From: an archaeon
Lineage (GTDB): Archaea > Nanobdellota > Nanobdellia > Pacearchaeales > GW2011-AR1
Length of the DNA stretch: 64,000 bases
Direction of reading: 5' to 3'
Assembly: GCA_009992215.1 (NCBI GenBank)
Contig: JAACWB010000005.1
Span: forward strand, 16,676-80,675
Shown: in pieces, positions 59,199-64,000 of the stretch
Numbering within the stretch: the stretch's first letter is position 1
How the letters are laid out: each line of letters opens with the position of its first letter
Notes under the pieces: generated by a model
The model's database searches: none
The model's input: only the letters and a program-made list of their open reading frames with translations
What the model was told of the DNA's origin: nothing
Position numbers and translations under genes: made by a program

Positions 59199-60272
59199 TT
59201 ATTTGTTTTTTATAAGAACTCTTGCTTGCGTGGCATATGTTGAAATTATTCGTCCAGGATTATAGAATATCTTTTCTTTAGGAAAAGAAACATCTACTGA
59301 ATTGTTTGAGAGATTGATTAATCGTGCCAAATATTTCCCTTTTAATTTTATTTCTTTAAAATTGTTTTGTGTTTTATTAAAAAAATATTCTACCAATTCT
59401 TCATCACTTGCATTTTCAAAAAATTCTTCCTCTTTCTTTTCTTGTTTTCTTTTAAAATAATATCTTATTTCTGCAATAATAAAAGAAATTGCATAAGAAA
59501 ATAATGTCCATAAATAAAATTGTAATAAGTATTCATTTGGAATTTTACTTCCAAGAGGACTAATTTTTTGTAAAAGATATAATGCAATAAAGAAAAGAGG
59601 TATCAGTAAAATAGAAAAAACAGTGAAAGATTTAATTATCTTTTCTGAATTAGAGAGAATAACTAAAAACACTATTCCTACAAATATCAAGGAAAATTCT
59701 ATTGTTATTACAAATACTTCAATTGTAATTGAATTTGATAAATAGAAAAAGAAAGATACAATCAAAATTGATATTCCCTCAAACAAATAAAAGAATTTTT
59801 TTCTTCTGAATAATGGGCGACTCTCCCATACGCTGTTTAAAGAAAAATTGTACCAAAAGCCTTTATTGAATCCTAAAGACAGAACAAACACAAGGAAAAA
59901 CGAAAGCCACAGTTCAGAATATTTCCAGTTAGAGGAAAAGGGTTTATCTACAACAGAATAACCGTCTTTTTCATTGTAATAAAATTTTGTGATTACTCCT
60001 TGTGAAATTATTCTTGAAGGAAAAAAAGATTGAATAAAAGTTGTATCAGTTTCTTTTTTCTCCAAGTAACCAATTTTAAACAAACGCACTGTTTCATATT
60101 TGTCTAAACAGAAGGGGTAAATTTCAAGAGTATCAAGGGTTTCTGTTTTAATTGTTTTTCTCACAAGAACCATATTTTTTTGACATAATGTGTCAAATAA
60201 GATTATGTCTTCTTGACTGAAAACCAAAAATCCTGAAACCAATAAATAAATTAAAATAATTAGTTTTTTCAT
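59199..60272 (-). CDS. Signal-peptide-bearing multi-pass membrane protein
   Basis: MKKLIILIYLLVSGFLVFS/Q followed by a soluble domain and about five transmembrane helices. Confidence 0.7.
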   Translation of the reverse strand: MKKLIILIYLLVSGFLVFSQEDIILFDTLCQKNMVLVRKTIKTETLDTLEIYPFCLDKYETVRLFKIGYLEKKETDTTFIQSFFPSRIISQGVITKFYYNEKDGYSVVDKPFSSNWKYSELWLSFFLVFVLSLGFNKGFWYNFSLNSVWESRPLFRRKKFFYLFEGISILIVSFFFYLSNSITIEVFVITIEFSLIFVGIVFLVILSNSEKIIKSFTVFSILLIPLFFIALYLLQKISPLGSKIPNEYLLQFYLWTLFSYAISFIIAEIRYYFKRKQEKKEEEFFENASDEELVEYFFNKTQNNFKEIKLKGKYLARLINLSNNSVDVSFPKEKIFYNPGRIISTYATQARVLIKNK

Positions 60273-60294
60273 AACGATAAAAGTTTTTAGTTAG

Positions 60295-60765
60295 TTATTT
60301 TAATTTTATTTGAACCACTTCCAAATCAATTATATTCTCTGAGGGTCCAGATTTTTCAATAATAAAATAATATTCACTTTGTTTTTCATTCCATTCTTTT
60401 TCAAATTGAGTGGAAGTTTTTTTCCATTCTCTTTCAAAGTTAAATATCGCCATTAATTTGTCTATTGTTGGCGCAGATTCTGAATCTGAATATTTATCTA
60501 TTTTTAATTTAACTTGAAAAAGGGTGGGACTTTTTTCATATTTATTTTCTTTAATCATAGAAATAAATCCTCTACGAGGAACAAGCAATTTTACTTCTTT
60601 TGGAACATCTTTACTTTCAAATATATTTACATAATCTGAAAAAGAAATGATCCCTTCAAAAGAACTAATGTGTTTTTTGAAATTTTCTTCTGTTGCTTGA
60701 ATTAAGCCTTCATGTACTTTTCTTGCAAAATACAAAACGGTCAAGTAATAATTTGTTGTTTTCAT
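60295..60765 (-). CDS. Hypothetical protein
   Basis: 156 aa ORF preceded by the island leader motif. Confidence 0.65.
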   Translation of the reverse strand: MKTTNYYLTVLYFARKVHEGLIQATEENFKKHISSFEGIISFSDYVNIFESKDVPKEVKLLVPRRGFISMIKENKYEKSPTLFQVKLKIDKYSDSESAPTIDKLMAIFNFEREWKKTSTQFEKEWNEKQSEYYFIIEKSGPSENIIDLEVVQIKLK

Positions 60766-60794
60766 AATTTTAGATTTATTTTAGTTAATGTTAA

Positions 60795-61250
60795 TTAATT
60801 TAAATTTATTGATAATCCTAATTTTATCTCGGGATAATTTCCAATTTTGTTAAAACAGTATCTTGGTAGAATTAAAATTCTCGTTCTGTTATTTATCGGC
60901 ATCCCTATTTTGATATAGGTTGCATTCGATAATTCTCCTCCACCAATTCCAAATTTTATTCCTGGTTCAAGAAGCAAATTTGAAGAAGTGATATATTCAT
61001 AACCCAGCCCAAACATAAAATTATCAAAATTTTTGTAATGCTCGTAAGAAAAATTTAAGACAAAATCTTTTGCCCAATAAACAAAATAATTTTTTGTTTT
61101 AAATTCTCTTAATGTTATTGAGAGATTTGTTTCATAATCTGTTATGAATTGAGGGATATTTGTTGTTAAGTCCAATCTTTTAATAGATTGAGAATTTGAA
61201 GTTATGTTTATTCCTAGAACAAACATGAAAATTAAAATTGCTTTTTTCAT
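60795..61250 (-). CDS. Putative small outer-membrane beta-barrel protein
   Basis: Signal MKKAILIFMFVLGINITSNS/Q; FMFGLGYEY, LEPGIKFG, C-terminal IKLGLSINL. Confidence 0.6.
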   Translation of the reverse strand: MKKAILIFMFVLGINITSNSQSIKRLDLTTNIPQFITDYETNLSITLREFKTKNYFVYWAKDFVLNFSYEHYKNFDNFMFGLGYEYITSSNLLLEPGIKFGIGGGELSNATYIKIGMPINNRTRILILPRYCFNKIGNYPEIKLGLSINLN

Positions 61251-61280
61251 TAAATTTTGTTTTTAGTTAATATTAATTTA

Positions 61281-62081
61281 TTATTCATTTTTAATTTCTG
61301 AACATTCAAAATATTTATTATACTCTTTGAAAATTAAATTATTTGATTTTTTAGAAATTTCACAGGCATTTTCTAATCTTTCTTTTGTTGTTTCACTTGT
61401 TTTTCCCCAATAAATTGAAGCTCGCAAAACATTTGATTTATCTTCCATAACCCCTTCAAATGAGCAATTTCCACCAAACCAGGGAGTTTGTATACGATAA
61501 AAATCTTCCCCTGATATTGGATGAGAATGAATTGCAATTAATTGATTTTCAAATTTGTAAATAAAATATCCAGAGGAATCAATTATTTCCAATTTGTATG
61601 CTTTTTCAAATTTTATTTTTAACCCAAAATTATTTGCAATTACTGTGTCTTTTGTCGAGGTTAAATATACTCCATAATTTATTTCTCCTTGTTTATGAAC
61701 TAAATCGTCATCATGAGTATACGGACAAATGTAGAGGGTTGAATCATAATATTTGAAAGCCCATCTTCCTGAATTTTTCATGTGACTTCCCAAAACTTCA
61801 CTTGTTAATCCTCCAATTTTATTCCAATCTCCATTACATCCTTCAATTAATTCTTCATGTTTATGATTCTTGTCAATTAAAACATAATAGGACCAAACAG
61901 AAGAACTTTGTATTGAAAAAGGTGTTTTCATTCCATCTGAAGTTTCTATTCTATATTCATGATTTCCCACTTCAACTGTAAACTTTGAAATATCTGAAAA
62001 ATCGTAATCAAACAATTCCAAAATTTCTTCACAAGAAAAAAATAATAAAGTTGAAATTAAAATTAAAAATAATTTTTTCAT
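61281..62081 (-). CDS. Putative lipoprotein with a beta-sandwich-like domain
   Basis: Lipobox MKKLFLILISTLLFFS/C followed by acidic residues; WNKIGG, RWAF, PWFGGN. Confidence 0.65.
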   Translation of the reverse strand: MKKLFLILISTLLFFSCEEILELFDYDFSDISKFTVEVGNHEYRIETSDGMKTPFSIQSSSVWSYYVLIDKNHKHEELIEGCNGDWNKIGGLTSEVLGSHMKNSGRWAFKYYDSTLYICPYTHDDDLVHKQGEINYGVYLTSTKDTVIANNFGLKIKFEKAYKLEIIDSSGYFIYKFENQLIAIHSHPISGEDFYRIQTPWFGGNCSFEGVMEDKSNVLRASIYWGKTSETTKERLENACEISKKSNNLIFKEYNKYFECSEIKNE

Positions 62082-62156
62082 TGTTATTTTTTTAGTTAGT
62101 TAATGTTAATTGAGTTTATTTTGTTACAATTTAATGTATAATTATTTTCAAAAGAA

Positions 62157-62183
62157 AAAAGCTTCTCTAGAAGAGAAGCTTTT
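62157..62183 (-). terminator. Stem-loop terminator after thyA
   Basis: AAAAGCTTCTC-TAGAA-GAGAAGCTTTT. Confidence 0.75.
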
Positions 62184-62189
62184 GATTAA

Positions 62190-62984
62190 TTAAACTGATA
62201 TCTCTCCTTTAATATTTGGATGAGGATTATATCCTTCCAATTGAAAATCATCAAATTCGAATGAAAAAATATCTTTTTTATTCGGATTGATTTTTAGTAT
62301 CGGCAACTCTCTTGGTTCTCTTGACAATTGCAATTTTACTTGTTCGTAATGATTTTTGTAAATATGTGCATCACCCAAAGTATGAATAAATTCGTATGGC
62401 TCCAGTCCTGTAGCTTGTGCAATCATCTTTAATAAAATAGCATACGAAGCTATGTTAAACGGAACTCCTAAAAATATATCGGCACTTCGCTGGTATAATT
62501 GACAAGATAGTTTTCCATCAGCAACATAGAATTGAAAAAGAATGTGACATGGAGGAAGTGCCATATTTTTTATATCAGCAACATTCCACGCACTTACAAT
62601 ATGCCGACGTGAATCAGGATTATTTTTAATTGAGTGAATAATTTCAGAAATTTGGTCTATATGTTGTCCATTTGGTGCTGGCCATGAACGCCATTGATAT
62701 CCATAAATATTTCCAAGGTCTCCGTCTTCATTTGCCCACTCATCCCAAATCTTTACACCATGATCATTTAGATACTTAATATTTGTATCTCCTTTCAAGA
62801 ACCAAAGAAGTTCATAAATTATTGATTTTAAGTGTAGCTTTTTTGTTGTGAGTAAGGGAAACCCGTTTTGTAAATTAAAACGCATTTGATAACCAAAAGT
62901 ACTTTTTGTTCCAGTTCCTGTTCTATCACTTTTTTCTATGCCATTTTTCATGACATGGTCAAGCAAGCCTAAGTATTGTTTCAT
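62190..62984 (-). CDS. thyA: Thymidylate synthase, bacterial type
   Basis: [51 protein letters not shown]; 264 aa. Confidence 0.98.
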   Translation of the reverse strand: MKQYLGLLDHVMKNGIEKSDRTGTGTKSTFGYQMRFNLQNGFPLLTTKKLHLKSIIYELLWFLKGDTNIKYLNDHGVKIWDEWANEDGDLGNIYGYQWRSWPAPNGQHIDQISEIIHSIKNNPDSRRHIVSAWNVADIKNMALPPCHILFQFYVADGKLSCQLYQRSADIFLGVPFNIASYAILLKMIAQATGLEPYEFIHTLGDAHIYKNHYEQVKLQLSREPRELPILKINPNKKDIFSFEFDDFQLEGYNPHPNIKGEISV

Positions 62985-63004
62985 AAGATTTTTGTTTACA
63001 AAAA

Positions 63005-63048
63005 TCTAGCTGGAATCTAGAAGCTGGAAGCTTGAAGTCCAGGCTAGA
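63005..63048. repeat. Degenerate heptamer repeat tract
   Basis: AGCTGGA-ATCTAGA-AGCTGGA-AGCTTGA-AGTCCAG; the 16-mer AGCTGGAAGCTTGAAG also occurs at 13401-13416. Confidence 0.6.
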
Positions 63049-63053
63049 CTTGG

Positions 63054-63263
63054 TTAAAAATTATTTTTATTTATTCTTTCATTTAGTGCTTCTTTGAAGT
63101 CTGGATGAATCTCTTGTGAATTTATACATTCTTCTAGTTCTTCTTTATTTTCACATAAAGAGATTTCGTTTAAAATTAGTACAAATTCATCGTCATCAAT
63201 CATTCCTTTTTCTCTTAATTTTGAATAATTGACTAAATTTTCAAAAAAGTTTTCTTTTTTCAT
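63054..63263 (-). CDS. Small protein, SHOCT-like
   Basis: KLREKGMIDDDEF motif. Confidence 0.55.
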   Translation of the reverse strand: MKKENFFENLVNYSKLREKGMIDDDEFVLILNEISLCENKEELEECINSQEIHPDFKEALNERINKNNF

Positions 63264-63277
63264 AATTTTAATTTTAA

Positions 63278-63307
63278 AAAAACTTCTCCAGTTAAGGAGA
63301 AGTTTTT
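63278..63307 (-). terminator. Stem-loop terminator
   Basis: AAAAACTTCTCC-AGTTAA-GGAGAAGTTTTT. Confidence 0.7.
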
Positions 63308-63324
63308 GGTTAAATTAAATTGAT

Positions 63325-64000
63325 TTATTTAGAAACGATTTTTTTATTAAGAAGAGCCTTTATTTTTCTTGCCGCTTCTGACTGTTCGCGATTCAACCAA
63401 GGTTCGTATTGATTGTTATACATCCAGTAATCTTTGCCATCAGTTACGAAAAATCTTGGCCCTTCGTTTAAGTAAATTGTATCTGAATTAAGAGCAAATT
63501 CTTTAAAATATTCAAGACTGCTGTTTAGGGGATATTTAACTTTTCCCTTTAGTAAAACATATGGATCTAATTCAGACGCTTCAATCCAGGGCATTAATCC
63601 TGCCTTTGAATAAAACTCTTTTTTTCCTTCAATCGTAAATTTTTTCGTGAAAAATTTAATCCCTTTTGTTTCTATATATCCATTTCTTGTTTGGATTTTC
63701 TTTCCCTCCAAGGTTCCAGGCAAAGATTTGTTAAGAGATAATTTGTATGATTTTTCTTTGTACACATAGGTTATTTTTTCACCAGCTGGAATCACCGATG
63801 AAATTATCTCTTTTGGGGAATTTTCCTTGTTTACAAAAATACAGCTGTCAACATAATTCTTATCAACAACAATTCCAACAATGGAATTAATAGCTGCATC
63901 TGTTTCAATCTTTGCCTTTTCGGCCGCTTCTTTTTGTTTTTTCTTACCACAACTTAATGTGAACAATAAAGAAACAATTACTAAATAAAATAATACTTTT
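63325..64000 (-). CDS. Putative lipoprotein (start lies beyond the window)
   Basis: Frame stays open to the window edge: KVLFYLVIVSLLFTLS/CGKKKQ, a lipobox-type signal. Confidence 0.7.
   Translation of the reverse strand, partial: KVLFYLVIVSLLFTLSCGKKKQKEAAEKAKIETDAAINSIVGIVVDKNYVDSCIFVNKENSPKEIISSVIPAGEKITYVYKEKSYKLSLNKSLPGTLEGKKIQTRNGYIETKGIKFFTKKFTIEGKKEFYSKAGLMPWIEASELDPYVLLKGKVKYPLNSSLEYFKEFALNSDTIYLNEGPRFFVTDGKDYWMYNNQYEPWLNREQSEAARKIKALLNKKIVSK

Noticed and set aside
62112..62155. Bacteroidota-type promoter (TTTG...TAnnTTTG) upstream of the lipoprotein gene
   Set aside because: Only a partial match with non-canonical spacing in very AT-rich DNA.

Overview
AT-rich archaeal chromosome segment, most likely from a small-genome DPANN lineage (Pacearchaeota/Woesearchaeota-like; this is inference from archaeal ribosomal and RNA polymerase genes, AMP phosphorylase with form II/III RuBisCO, and a class III signal peptide protein). 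It contains the large ribosomal protein operon (uL3 to uL15, with secY split off), uL1-uL10-P1, a joined eL21-rpoF-DUF655-uS13-uS4-uS11-rpoD operon, cysS, an XPD/DinG-type helicase, secDF, an AglB-anchored glycosylation cluster, a MazF-type toxin-antitoxin pair, RNase P RNA, a stand-alone 5S rRNA and five tRNAs. Three things stand out. (1) Five of the seven stable-RNA genes (tRNA-Ser, RNase P RNA, 5S rRNA, tRNA-Arg, tRNA-Gly) are followed by a 105-121 bp module with shared architecture but mostly unrelated sequence: an antisense copy of part of the RNA 3' region, then a second sense copy of the 3' end, usually split by a hairpin. No integrase is visible. (2) The last ~6.4 kb is a co-oriented block of Bacteroidota-style genes: Gln after the predicted signal cleavage site, lipoboxes, putative outer-membrane beta-barrels, bacterial ThyA, a repeated 16-bp leader and stem-loop terminators. 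It is either a horizontally acquired island or an assembly chimera. (3) There is a tRNA-Leu with anticodon AAG (A34), which is very unusual for archaea. All calls are by eye from sequence motifs; no database searches were run.
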